Made by a program: the position numbers and the translations under genes
The notes under the pieces: generated by a model
What the model was told of the DNA's origin: nothing
Seen by the model: only the letters and a program-made list of their open reading frames with translations
The model's database searches: none
Origin: a virus
Reading direction: 5' to 3' (one strand)
DNA: 46,454 nt
IMG/VR virus record: IMGVR_UViG_3300032421_000005
Coordinates: 1 to 46,454 of that record
Shown here: one piece after another, positions 8,272-16,160 of the stretch
How positions within the stretch are numbered: position 1 is the first letter of the stretch
Layout of the letters: every line of letters starts with the position of its first letter

Positions 8272-8299
8272 AATCTTTTACATGGACAATGTAAAGTGC

Positions 8300-9205
8300 C
8301 TAAGAACCCGGAGTGCCGTAAATGCCTCTCCAGTCTGTCCATCCAACGCTGTATCTTTCGTATGCTTTATATTTCAAATTGGATGAATCGAAGTCCTCGT
8401 CCTGAGCAAACTCGGCTTCCTCGCGCTGGAACAGCTTGAGACCGTCTTCGACATCGGTACGGATGAAGAAGGCGTCGGTGTCGGTCAGGTAATGATTGAC
8501 CTTCACGCCATCCGGGAACATCCCCATCGACTTCAGCACATTGATCGCGTTGTTTGCGCTGTCGTTCTGGAGCGTGGACTTCAGGATCCGGGCCGCCTCG
8601 AACTGGAGGTTGACCGGGATAATCAACGAACGCGGCGTGATCGAGATCTTCATGCCGCGCGAGTTGGTCGCAGTGCCGATCTGGATGCAGAGGTCTTCAA
8701 GCGAAGCCTCCGAGAGATCGGCCGCCGTGGCCAGGATGTTCGACTGGTTGCCGCTCAGCGAGGGATGCGCCGTCGAGAGCATACACACGCCATCTGCACC
8801 CGTGTAAGAGCTGTTGAAGCCGCGATTGTACAGGTTCGCGACCACATTCTCCTTGGTCTGGCGCATGGAGAAGCCCAGCGAGCCGGTGCGCTGCATGCCC
8901 ACCTTCTCGTAGAGATTATCCTTGATCGCCTCGCGGGTGATGATGAAGCCGAGCGAATAGGCGATATGCGTGTAGCGGGACGTTACGCCCTGCGTCATGT
9001 CGTCATACTGCGTCGCCTGCCCCTGCGGCTTGATCGGGGCGAGACCGAAGCCGGTCATCTCCTGATCTTCCTCGTAGGCGCGTTCGGAACTCTCGATCGA
9101 GACGAGATCGGTGTATTCCTTGGCGTGCTCGGTATATTTGGCGCCCCAGCGGGCGTTCAGGCCCGGCCAGAGCAGCTTGGCGATTTGTCCGGTTGTGATC
9201 GTCAT
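8300..9205 (-). CDS. Major capsid protein, 301 aa (probably HK97-fold)
   Basis: About 33 kDa; position after scaffold and decoration genes; ATG at 9205. The long antisense ORF 8492..9865 is typical of a strongly coding high-GC gene. Confidence 0.8.
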   Translation of the reverse strand: MTITTGQIAKLLWPGLNARWGAKYTEHAKEYTDLVSIESSERAYEEDQEMTGFGLAPIKPQGQATQYDDMTQGVTSRYTHIAYSLGFIITREAIKDNLYEKVGMQRTGSLGFSMRQTKENVVANLYNRGFNSSYTGADGVCMLSTAHPSLSGNQSNILATAADLSEASLEDLCIQIGTATNSRGMKISITPRSLIIPVNLQFEAARILKSTLQNDSANNAINVLKSMGMFPDGVKVNHYLTDTDAFFIRTDVEDGLKLFQREEAEFAQDEDFDSSNLKYKAYERYSVGWTDWRGIYGTPGS

Positions 9206-9208
9206 GGC

Positions 9209-9808
9209 TTAGACCCCCGCCAGCTGATCGACATAACGATGTCGGTTGATGCGAACGAGGAAGCGACTTGCATCGGACCCCGAGGAAACGGACGAGCCCG
9301 GATCGTTGTCCGCCCGGTTGACCATGCCGACGATCTTGAGATCGAGGGTGTTGGTCGTGGCCTCGCCAACGTTGTTCAGCGTGACGCCCGACAGGCCGGT
9401 GTAGGTCGAGCCCGAACCCACGGCGAAGTTGGCGTTGAGGCCGACGTCGTTCGCGGTCAGCGGCGTGCCGCCCGTGCCCTGCTGGATTTCGAAGATCGCG
9501 TTGGGATCGTCGTTGACGAGCAGGATGCGCTGCGTCGAAGCGGCGCGGTAGATCAGGCTATCGCGGGTATCAGCAAGAACGCCAACAACGACGCCTTCGA
9601 TAACATCGCCGGTCGCGGCCTGAACCACGTCCTTGAAGACCTGGCCGTTGATGATCTGGGAAGTGCCGGCGGCTTTGACAGGATCGCCGATGAAAATCGC
9701 GGTCCCATCACCTGCGGCGACGGAGTATTGACGGAGCGCACCCGAAAACGGGTTCCCGCTCATAGTACCTACGGGACGGAGCCCGAAGGGAGCATTTGCG
9801 TTGGCCAT
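9209..9808 (-). CDS. Capsid decoration/cement-type protein, 199 aa
   Basis: Immediately upstream of the capsid gene; beta-rich Gly/Val/Thr composition. Resembles the cement-protein-then-coat order of BPP-1-like podophages (memory only). Confidence 0.6.
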   Translation of the reverse strand: MANANAPFGLRPVGTMSGNPFSGALRQYSVAAGDGTAIFIGDPVKAAGTSQIINGQVFKDVVQAATGDVIEGVVVGVLADTRDSLIYRAASTQRILLVNDDPNAIFEIQQGTGGTPLTANDVGLNANFAVGSGSTYTGLSGVTLNNVGEATTNTLDLKIVGMVNRADNDPGSSVSSGSDASRFLVRINRHRYVDQLAGV

Positions 9809-9861
9809 GACGGCACCTTTTGCGTTTCAGAGAGACGCATCGGGTGCCGTCGTAACGTGCC

Positions 9862-10428
9862 CTAGCGATCCCTCCGGATCGAGCCCTGGCCATATGTTTC
9901 GGATGAAGGCACCTGAGACATCTGACCGGTGGAGTCACGCCCGGCGATGATCGCATCATCTATCTGCCGGTTGTGGGCTTCCTTCTCGGCAACGCCCTCG
10001 GCAAAAAGCTCGTCAGGGGTTTCCATCAGGAATGCATGAAGTGGCTCGCCATTCGCCTTTGTGCCTACCAGGCGGGATATGCGAGAACCGGGGCCGGATG
10101 TCTGAAGGCCCGCTTCGTGAACGTGATCATAACCGAGTTCTTCGGCATCCGCAATACGGTTGCCTTCATCATTGAGCCAGCGTCTTGAATAGCCGGGACG
10201 AGCAGGAGCCTGTAGCTTCAGCGCATGCCCGCCGACTGAGGCGCGGCGGCGTCGTTTCTGCGGCGTAGCGTCCGTTTCTGCGGTTGGTGCGGCAGCCGCC
10301 TCAATCGTCCGCATATAGGCAGCAATAGGCCCAGCGCGCCCCGCCGGGTCGAGTGCTGCGCTCATTGGTTCTGTGGTGAACGTCTTGCGGGGACGGCCAC
10401 GGCCGCGCGGTGCGATGGTGTCGGTCAT
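9862..10428 (-). CDS. Hypothetical head-module protein with AT-hook-like N-terminus, 188 aa
   Basis: ATG at 10428 (ATGA overlap with scaffold stop). N-terminal PRGRGRPRK plus KRRRR. Confidence 0.7.
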   Translation of the reverse strand: MTDTIAPRGRGRPRKTFTTEPMSAALDPAGRAGPIAAYMRTIEAAAAPTAETDATPQKRRRRASVGGHALKLQAPARPGYSRRWLNDEGNRIADAEELGYDHVHEAGLQTSGPGSRISRLVGTKANGEPLHAFLMETPDELFAEGVAEKEAHNRQIDDAIIAGRDSTGQMSQVPSSETYGQGSIRRDR

Positions 10429-11246
10429 TTATTCCATCCCTTGAAGTCGAAGTTCTTCACGTAATCGTCGGGGCTCTTGATGATGCCGTTTTTCACCCAT
10501 TTATCGCAGGTGGCCTTCGCCTCGGGCGGAAGATCAGCGTAGGTGTTGCCACCAGAACGCGGCCGACCGACCGGCACACCTTCAACCGGGTTGCGCGGCT
10601 TCGGCTTGGCCGCCGCTGCGAATACCTCGGGAAACTCATCCTCGAACTTCGCCTTGACCTTCTCGGTTACGGCATCAAGATCGGCGCGATCGAGGAATCC
10701 ACCCTTGGCGCTCGCAATCGCCTGCGCTTGAGCGTTGGCGTAGGCCTGCATCACCGGATCGGCAGCGTACCATTTGTTGGCCTTGCCCCAGTCCGCGAAC
10801 TCTTCGGCGCGCTGCTCATCGGTTCGCTCGTCCGCCTTTGCTAGCGCGGCGGGCTTTTCGAGCTTGTCGAGCTTATCCGCGGCCGCACGATGCGCCGCCA
10901 TGTCGCCGCTCTCGACCGCCGCCTCTTGCTCCGCGCGTATCTCCGCGACCGCGCGCTCGTAGGCTCGCTGCTCGGCCTTGGAGAAGAAATCGGCCGCCCG
11001 TTTCGCGTCCTTTTCGGCAATCTCCAGCCGCTTCAACAGCGTCTTATTCTGCGCCTTCAGGATCGGCATCATCTCCTGGCCGCGCTTGTAGAACGTTTCT
11101 GCATCGACATGGCGCGAAGGATCGCCGTTGAACTGTTCCGGCGGTTTCCAGCCCATTTTGGTGGCTTCGACCGTGTAATCGATCGGCGTATCGTCCTGGC
11201 CGGTCTCGGGCGGTTCTTGCGCCAGTGCTTCGGGTGCGGTTGCCAT
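10425..11246 (-). CDS. Scaffolding protein, 273 aa
   Basis: ATG at 11246 preceded by GGGGGAATAATC. Long Ala/Glu/Lys coiled-coil region; position between portal and capsid genes. The first 58 aa of the 331-aa track ORF are Arg-rich filler. Confidence 0.75.
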   Translation of the reverse strand: MATAPEALAQEPPETGQDDTPIDYTVEATKMGWKPPEQFNGDPSRHVDAETFYKRGQEMMPILKAQNKTLLKRLEIAEKDAKRAADFFSKAEQRAYERAVAEIRAEQEAAVESGDMAAHRAAADKLDKLEKPAALAKADERTDEQRAEEFADWGKANKWYAADPVMQAYANAQAQAIASAKGGFLDRADLDAVTEKVKAKFEDEFPEVFAAAAKPKPRNPVEGVPVGRPRSGGNTYADLPPEAKATCDKWVKNGIIKSPDDYVKNFDFKGWNK

Positions 11247-11248
11247 GA

Positions 11249-11578
11249 TTATTCCCCCAGCCTCGCGATGATGTCTTCGTCGTTCATGATGCGGTACATG
11301 TCGCCATCCGCGCCCTCGATCTCGATGCCGCCGTATTTGGCGATCATCACCCGGTCCCCCGGCGCGGGCGCGGTAAAGGCGGCGCCGTAGTTGCGGGCGT
11401 CGGCCTGTGCCTCGCTCCACGCAGTCTCCCCAACCGCAACGAGTGTGGCCTTGACCTTGGCGTATTTCTCCGCCTGCTTCGTCTGCTCTGGCATGATGAT
11501 GGAGCCTTTGCGCTCCTCGGGCGGGTCTGGCTTGACCAGCACCCGCTTATCGATCGGGATCACCCCGCTACTGTTCAT
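11249..11578 (-). CDS. GroES/Cpn10-like co-chaperonin, 109 aa
   Basis: PIDKRVLVKPDPPEERKGSIIMPEQTKQ ... LVAVGE ... GDRVMIAKYGGIEIEGADGDMYRIMNDEDIIARL parallels GroES (RVIVK...GGIVL...VGDIVIF..YG....ID.EE.LIM.E.DILAIV). GGTGGAG RBS. Confidence 0.8.
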   Translation of the reverse strand: MNSSGVIPIDKRVLVKPDPPEERKGSIIMPEQTKQAEKYAKVKATLVAVGETAWSEAQADARNYGAAFTAPAPGDRVMIAKYGGIEIEGADGDMYRIMNDEDIIARLGE

Positions 11579-11801
11579 GATTCAACTCCACCCCATAGAA
11601 ATTCGCGACCGCATCAGACCCCAGCTCCGCCATCTGCCCCAGCAAGTCCGCCTGCGCCTGGAGGTACGGCGTTGTCGGCTCCCCCGAGGCCCACGCCATC
11701 GCTAGGCGGAGCTGGTAATCCTTGAGGTACTGGCGGAACGCCTGCGTCTCCGGGCGGGACACCCACGCCGCCATCGCCTCCGGGTTGCTCAACAGGTTCA
11801 C
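11568..11801 (-). CDS. Hypothetical protein, 77 aa, overlapping the portal 3-prime end out of frame
   Basis: GTG at 11801 with GGAGGA 5 nt upstream. Balanced composition (MNLLSNPEAMAAWVSRPETQAFRQYLKDYQLRLAMAWASGEPTTPYLQ...). Confidence 0.6.
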   Translation of the reverse strand: MNLLSNPEAMAAWVSRPETQAFRQYLKDYQLRLAMAWASGEPTTPYLQAQADLLGQMAELGSDAVANFYGVELNHEQ

Positions 11802-13704
11802 CGTTATCCTCCATGTCTGCTGCGTCGGTGCCGAGCCGCACGGCGGCGGCCGCCAATGTCGCCGTGTCGTTCAGCATGTTCATCGTGAATGCGCTCGCCG
11901 CGGCGCCCATGAGCGCCTGCGCCGCCGAAGCGTTGTCCTTGCGGATCTGCGCCTTGGCCTTGTCGCGCTCGTTCGCCTGCTTCGCGCTGTCGAGCAGCAG
12001 CTTTGGATCGGGCTGCGGCGGCGGCACCTTCATCAGCTCGTCGATATTGTTCTGCCCCGTACCCTCGAAATAGCGGCGGCGAAGTTCCGGCTGGTTGGTG
12101 AGCGGATCGTCTCTCCAGATCATCAGCGCTTCGGCTTTCATCGCCTTCTGCGCGTCGTTGATCATCGTCGGGTCCGAAACCGGCACGACGTCGATGTCTT
12201 TCTCCTGATAATCCGCGCGGCCGATCTCGCCGGGCTTGTCCGTCAGCGCGAAATAGGACTGCTCGTCGAGGAAATCGCGGTTTAGGTTGAACAGGATGCG
12301 CAATTCCTGGCCGAATGAGCGATGGATGCGCTTGAAGATCGCGGTCATGACCTTCGTGGCCTGCTCTATCTGGGCAAGCACGGTCGTCGCCGGCGTGTTC
12401 ACGCCCTGCCCCGCGCCGGTCAGGATGTCCTGAACCGATGTGATCTCCTTCGCCGCGCCGATCAGCATTTCGAGCAGGCTCATCAGCACCGCTGACGGGC
12501 CTGGCAGGTTGAGCGGCACGATGTTGTCTCGCAGCGTCCCGCCGCCGACTATAACCTTCTTCCATTCGCCCAGCTTGAAGCGCATGTCGCCCGACTTCAT
12601 GTCGATGCCCGAGCCGACAAAGCCGCCCTGCGCGTTCTGAAGCGCGCCCGCGTCGAGAAGCTGGTTGATCGTGGTGTCGATCGCCGCCGTGATGTCGTCG
12701 AGCAGATGCCCGAAGCCGATGTCGTAGAACGAACCATCCGGACTAGGGATGAACCCATATTTCACGAAATAGAGCTTGCGGTCGATCCGAACGACGGTCT
12801 TGTCCTGCATGTTCATCGTGACGCCATCGGCATCGAAGCATGGCACGATCCGAACGACAGCACCGCTCTCGCGCACCATCGTCACAATATAGGGCTCTGG
12901 ATAGCCGTCCTCGTCGAGATCAAGGCGGCAATGCTGCTCCAGGAACTCGATCGGAGCCGTATCGCTCTGGTCCTTCTCGGTCTGCGTGACCGGTAGCGGC
13001 ACCTCGCGCCAGATTTCGGTCCTAAACCGCTCCTCCGCCTCGTGCGGGTAGAGCCTGAGGATATGCGTGAAGCGCGGCGCGTCCTCGATGCTCGACGCCC
13101 AATAGTTGATGACGAAATCCTTGCCCGTCACCATCCGGGACACGTTCTTGCGCTGGATCTGGTCGTAATAGGTCTTGCGGAACACACAGCCCACGATCGG
13201 CAGCATCAGCAGCAGCCGGTCGGTGTCCTCCTCCCAGCCCGGCATGTCGTAGAGCAGCTGCCACGTCATGTGATCGCCGATGCGCTCGGCCCGCTGGCGC
13301 TTCATGCCCTGCGGGTCAGGGCCTAGGACGCGGCCTTTGACGAGGTTCGAACCATCGACGATGACGGGATAGGATCGTGCCTGGAACTGGATGCTCGCCG
13401 TGGTCAGCAACGGCCACTTGACGTTCGATGCGTTGGGCCACGGAAAGCTCTTGGCCTTGCGGACCTGCATCGCCACGTCGAGATAGCGGTCGTAGCGCTG
13501 TTCCCAGCTCTGGCCCTCGTCGTTGCTCTTGCGACTTGCAAGGTCATTCTCGAACTCGCGCAGGCAATGCTGACCGATCTTCGTGACTTCGCCATCCGGC
13601 AGGATGTCGAGGACGTTGTTGGCCTGGAGGATTTGATCGACCGTGAGCGCGCGCGTCTCGTCGATCGCGTCGGGCTCGTCGTCAGCGAATTGGATGGCTG
13701 GCAT
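11614..13704 (-). CDS. Portal protein, 696 aa
   Basis: Size; position between the terminase and scaffold genes. ATG at 13704 (TGATG overlap). Last ~60 aa are Gly/Pro/Ala low-complexity. Confidence 0.8.
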   Translation of the reverse strand: MPAIQFADDEPDAIDETRALTVDQILQANNVLDILPDGEVTKIGQHCLREFENDLASRKSNDEGQSWEQRYDRYLDVAMQVRKAKSFPWPNASNVKWPLLTTASIQFQARSYPVIVDGSNLVKGRVLGPDPQGMKRQRAERIGDHMTWQLLYDMPGWEEDTDRLLLMLPIVGCVFRKTYYDQIQRKNVSRMVTGKDFVINYWASSIEDAPRFTHILRLYPHEAEERFRTEIWREVPLPVTQTEKDQSDTAPIEFLEQHCRLDLDEDGYPEPYIVTMVRESGAVVRIVPCFDADGVTMNMQDKTVVRIDRKLYFVKYGFIPSPDGSFYDIGFGHLLDDITAAIDTTINQLLDAGALQNAQGGFVGSGIDMKSGDMRFKLGEWKKVIVGGGTLRDNIVPLNLPGPSAVLMSLLEMLIGAAKEITSVQDILTGAGQGVNTPATTVLAQIEQATKVMTAIFKRIHRSFGQELRILFNLNRDFLDEQSYFALTDKPGEIGRADYQEKDIDVVPVSDPTMINDAQKAMKAEALMIWRDDPLTNQPELRRRYFEGTGQNNIDELMKVPPPQPDPKLLLDSAKQANERDKAKAQIRKDNASAAQALMGAAASAFTMNMLNDTATLAAAAVRLGTDAADMEDNGEPVEQPGGDGGVGVPPGDAGVPPVPQGLPAPPSDGVGLGGADNAVPPGAGGLAGADGGAGV

Positions 13705-14015
13705 CACTGAACCGCCATCTCTGTGGCCTGCGCCATCATTGCGCCGACCTTCAAGGCGCCGAACTCCTTCATCGCCACGCGCATGCACCAGTCCAGTTGC
13801 TCGATGCGCTCTGCCAACACCTCAAGTGCTTCGCTTCGCGTCCACTGAAAGCCGAGTGACCACCGTTCGCCGTCGCGGTCGAATGAGGCTGTGCACTGCC
13901 CCTGCTTGCCCTTGAGCCAGCTAGTCCAAACGTAGCCGCTCCGCTTCGCGAGGTTGTCAGCCCCCTCTTTCGCGAACTTGAGTTGATCACGAATATAACT
14001 CTCGGCGCTCTGCAT
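13704..14015 (-). CDS. Hypothetical protein between terminase and portal, 103 aa
   Basis: ATG at 14015, 2 nt after the terL stop. MQSAESYIRDQLKFAKEGADNLAKRSGYVWTSWLKGK...; the upstream part of the track ORF is Arg-rich filler. Confidence 0.65.
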   Translation of the reverse strand: MQSAESYIRDQLKFAKEGADNLAKRSGYVWTSWLKGKQGQCTASFDRDGERWSLGFQWTRSEALEVLAERIEQLDWCMRVAMKEFGALKVGAMMAQATEMAVQ

Positions 14016-14017
14016 GA

Positions 14018-15313
14018 TCAGTACCCCGTCCTCGTATCCCGCCCATCGTCGCGGTAATCGTCTTCGTATTCGTCGTTTTCGTATGGCTGCTCGTAGGCGA
14101 TGCACATGAGACCGAAGGCGTCTGCCGCGTGCGATGCCCAATCATGTTCTGGACCGAGGCCGATGTTGCGCTTCTCGTCCTTCTTCTCGTGATACCAACC
14201 CAAGGCATCGATGCCGCCCTGCGTGGTAGCCTCGTTGAAGTAGATCGACGGGAACAGCCGGCGCGCGGCTTCAATGCGCTTCATCGCGGCCGCCTTGCCC
14301 TGGTTCCTTACGACCCGCGTATCAAACCCAGCTTGGCGGACGTGATCGTCGAACTGAATCGCGGTGAAGTGATTTGTGTTTGAGCCGTCGTGCGGGAGGA
14401 CACAGAGAGCGCGGCTATAGCCTCGATCACGCAACCACGTGAGATGAGCACCAAGCGGCTGCCCGACAGCCTCGTAATAGTCGATGACGCGGATCTGCGT
14501 ACCGACGAACTGCGCGACCCATATCGCTGTGGCGTCGCGCGTGCCGATGTCCCAGAAGGCGCGATATTGCATCAGCGGGTCGGCAGCGACGCGGCCTATG
14601 CGCCCGTCACCCTTCGCCAGCGCGAGCTGCTGCGCATAATACGCGCCTTCCGAGATGGTGACATAGCCACCCTCCCAGATGTGGTCGTACTGATCGGGCT
14701 GCTGGCGGAGGCAATCCTGGCGCTCCTGCTCAAGCTCGGCCGTGAACCAAGGGTTATCGCGCCAGTTGGCATGAACCACGATTGCGCCGGTCGGGATTTC
14801 AGCCCCGCGCAGCATTACATCAACAGGATCAGTCTTCCGCCGAGCGTTCCAGCTCGCCCATATTTCAGAACCCGGAGCGCGGAGTGTCGGGCGAAGCATG
14901 TTGAGCGAGGTGGCGCTGATCGCCTGCGCCTCTTCCATCCACGCCCGTTTGAAGCCCTCCAGCGACTTGATGCTGTCGGCCGTGTAGTCCTGCATCCCCT
15001 TGAAGATGATCACGCCATCACCAGGCGTCTGGATCAACTCCTTGAACACCTTGAAGCCGTCGGCCTCGCCAATGCCAAGCTGGACTAGCTTCGATTCAAT
15101 CAGCCGCTTCGAGGACTGCTGTAGATCCTTCTGGATTTCACGGATGCAGACCGACAGAAGCCCTTTTTCGTACAAGCTGTCGTCGATCAGTTTCTCTGCG
15201 AAAAAATGGGATTTGCCCGAACCGCGCCCACCCCAAGCGCCCTTGTAACGCGCCGGCTGTAACAGCGGCTCGAACACCCTTGCGGTGGGGATCTGAAGCG
15301 CGGCCGACGCCAT
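14018..15313 (-). CDS. terL: Terminase large subunit, 431 aa (PBSX/Terminase_3-like)
   Basis: Walker A GGRGSGKS; ...AWMEEAQ... Walker B region; C-terminal nuclease-type region with conserved acidic residues; TGATG coupling with the upstream small gene. Confidence 0.9.
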   Translation of the reverse strand: MASAALQIPTARVFEPLLQPARYKGAWGGRGSGKSHFFAEKLIDDSLYEKGLLSVCIREIQKDLQQSSKRLIESKLVQLGIGEADGFKVFKELIQTPGDGVIIFKGMQDYTADSIKSLEGFKRAWMEEAQAISATSLNMLRPTLRAPGSEIWASWNARRKTDPVDVMLRGAEIPTGAIVVHANWRDNPWFTAELEQERQDCLRQQPDQYDHIWEGGYVTISEGAYYAQQLALAKGDGRIGRVAADPLMQYRAFWDIGTRDATAIWVAQFVGTQIRVIDYYEAVGQPLGAHLTWLRDRGYSRALCVLPHDGSNTNHFTAIQFDDHVRQAGFDTRVVRNQGKAAAMKRIEAARRLFPSIYFNEATTQGGIDALGWYHEKKDEKRNIGLGPEHDWASHAADAFGLMCIAYEQPYENDEYEDDYRDDGRDTRTGY

Positions 15314-15633
15314 CAGCGCTTTGCCTGCGGGTCAACGATGGTGCGCTCGATACGGTGAAGCATCGGCCGGTCAGGATCGCTGCCCAGGTCAACAGCCTGC
15401 GGCATCCGCTTGTGCACGTAGGGAGCGGCAGCCTTTGCAGCGTCCATGCGCGCTTCGATGCTATTGCCCTCATCACGCAGCACGCCGAGCATATAATCGA
15501 GCGGGGTAAGCCCAGAGGCGGCTATCTCGGCTTCGCGCTTGGCCGTGGTCTTGTTGACAGCGCCTTTCGGACGGCCGCGACCCGCAGCCGGTGGCTTATT
15601 TCCCGCCAGTAATTTATTCGGCGCTTTCGCCAC
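15313..15633 (-). CDS. terS: Terminase small subunit candidate, 106 aa
   Basis: Basic N-terminus (GRGRPKG), motif TPLDYMLGVLRDE...RMDAAKAAAPYVH, immediately upstream of and coupled to terL. GTG start. Confidence 0.65.
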   Translation of the reverse strand: MAKAPNKLLAGNKPPAAGRGRPKGAVNKTTAKREAEIAASGLTPLDYMLGVLRDEGNSIEARMDAAKAAAPYVHKRMPQAVDLGSDPDRPMLHRIERTIVDPQAKR

Positions 15634-15700
15634 CCCGTCGAGCCTCGCTGCCTAATGCCCGACAAACCAATTACGTCCGAAAATTACAGGGGGGGAGTAT

Positions 15701-15910
15701 TCAATAAATCAGCAGCCCATTTTTTTTTAGCTGGAGCAGAGTGCGCTTGGCGTTGGACCGACACGAGAAACCGCACACCCGCATCATCTCACCGAGAATA
15801 ATCCCTTCCCCTCTGGTTTCCTGGCGCATGGCATAGTCGAGGGCCTTGCGCTGGGCGATCGTCATCCGCCCCGCTGGCCTTCCCCGATTGATCGCGCCGC
15901 AGTCCATCAC
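15701..15910 (-). CDS. Small winged-helix-like DNA-binding protein, 69 aa; first gene after the early terminator
   Basis: ...MTIAQRKALDYAMRQETRGEGIILGEMMRVCGFSCRSNAKRTLLQLKKNGLLIY. Start uncertain (GTG 15910, ATG 15907 or the internal ATG). Confidence 0.6.
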   Translation of the reverse strand: MMDCGAINRGRPAGRMTIAQRKALDYAMRQETRGEGIILGEMMRVCGFSCRSNAKRTLLQLKKNGLLIY

Positions 15911-15971
15911 CGCCCCGCCCGTTTGATCTTGGTCGATTTCATGCCCGCCCCTTCGTGTCCATCACGGCCTC

Positions 15972-16014
15972 AAAAAAACGCGACTTTGCCCGCCCCAAGC
16001 GAGGCGGAAGTCGC
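15972..16014 (-). terminator. Rho-independent terminator ending the leftward early (replication) operon
   Basis: mRNA strand GCGACTT-CCGCCTCGCTTGGGGCGGGCA-AAGTCGC followed by GTTTTTTTGA (plus-strand A-run 15972-15978). Confidence 0.7.
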
Positions 16015-16030
16015 ATAGGGGGTATGGGGG

Positions 16031-16160
16031 GGTTCCGCCCCGCCAAGTCCCGCCAATGATTTCAATAACTTAACCATGCCATCTCCGCAGTTCCGCCAAG
16101 CGGTTCCGCCTAATGATTTCAATGCCTTAGCACCCTCGGTTCCGCCAGGTTCCGCCAAGT
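16031..16160. repeat. Iteron cluster: at least 6 copies of (G)GTYCCGCC(A/T)A plus two copies of AATGATTTCAAT
   Basis: Copies at 16031, 16047, 16090, 16102, 16138 and 16148; the last two are tandem with a 10-bp period. The 12-mer occurs at 16055-16066 and 16112-16123. One inverted copy (ggcggaa, 16003-16009) lies in the terminator. Confidence 0.8.

Noticed and set aside
8492-9865. 457-aa plus-strand ORF
   Set aside because: Antisense to the capsid and decoration genes. Extremely Arg/Asp/Gly/His-rich with no motif or RBS. This is the typical shadow ORF of a high-GC coding region.
10425-11420. Arg-rich N-terminal extensions of many track ORFs (10425..11420, 13704..14141, 39037..39543, 22163..22585, 1153..1701, 11614..13788, 16161..18395), and TTG/GTG track starts at 1180, 4850, 38318, 40207, 21580 and 19041
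   Set aside because: The extensions overlap the upstream gene out of frame and have implausible composition. In each case an internal ATG or GTG with an SD, or with a 1-4-nt stop-start overlap, gives a coherent gene boundary.
11804-12565. Large set of internal or antisense ORFs inside long genes (for example 11804..12565, 6419..7132, 6309..6791, 5003..5674, 5322..6002, 3870..4673, 16491..17270, 14390..15088, 43387..43968, 44968..45417)
   Set aside because: All are nested in or antisense to genes with clear family or positional support. They are dominated by Arg/Pro/Gly/Ser and have no independent start context.
15911-15971. Direct repeat of GTGATGGAC (minus strand; plus-strand gtccatcac at 15902-15910 and 15957-15965) upstream of the first late gene, considered as a late-promoter activator site
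   Set aside because: There are only two 9-mers, one of which is simply the gene start (GTGATGGAC = start codons plus Asp). This is insufficient to call a regulatory site.
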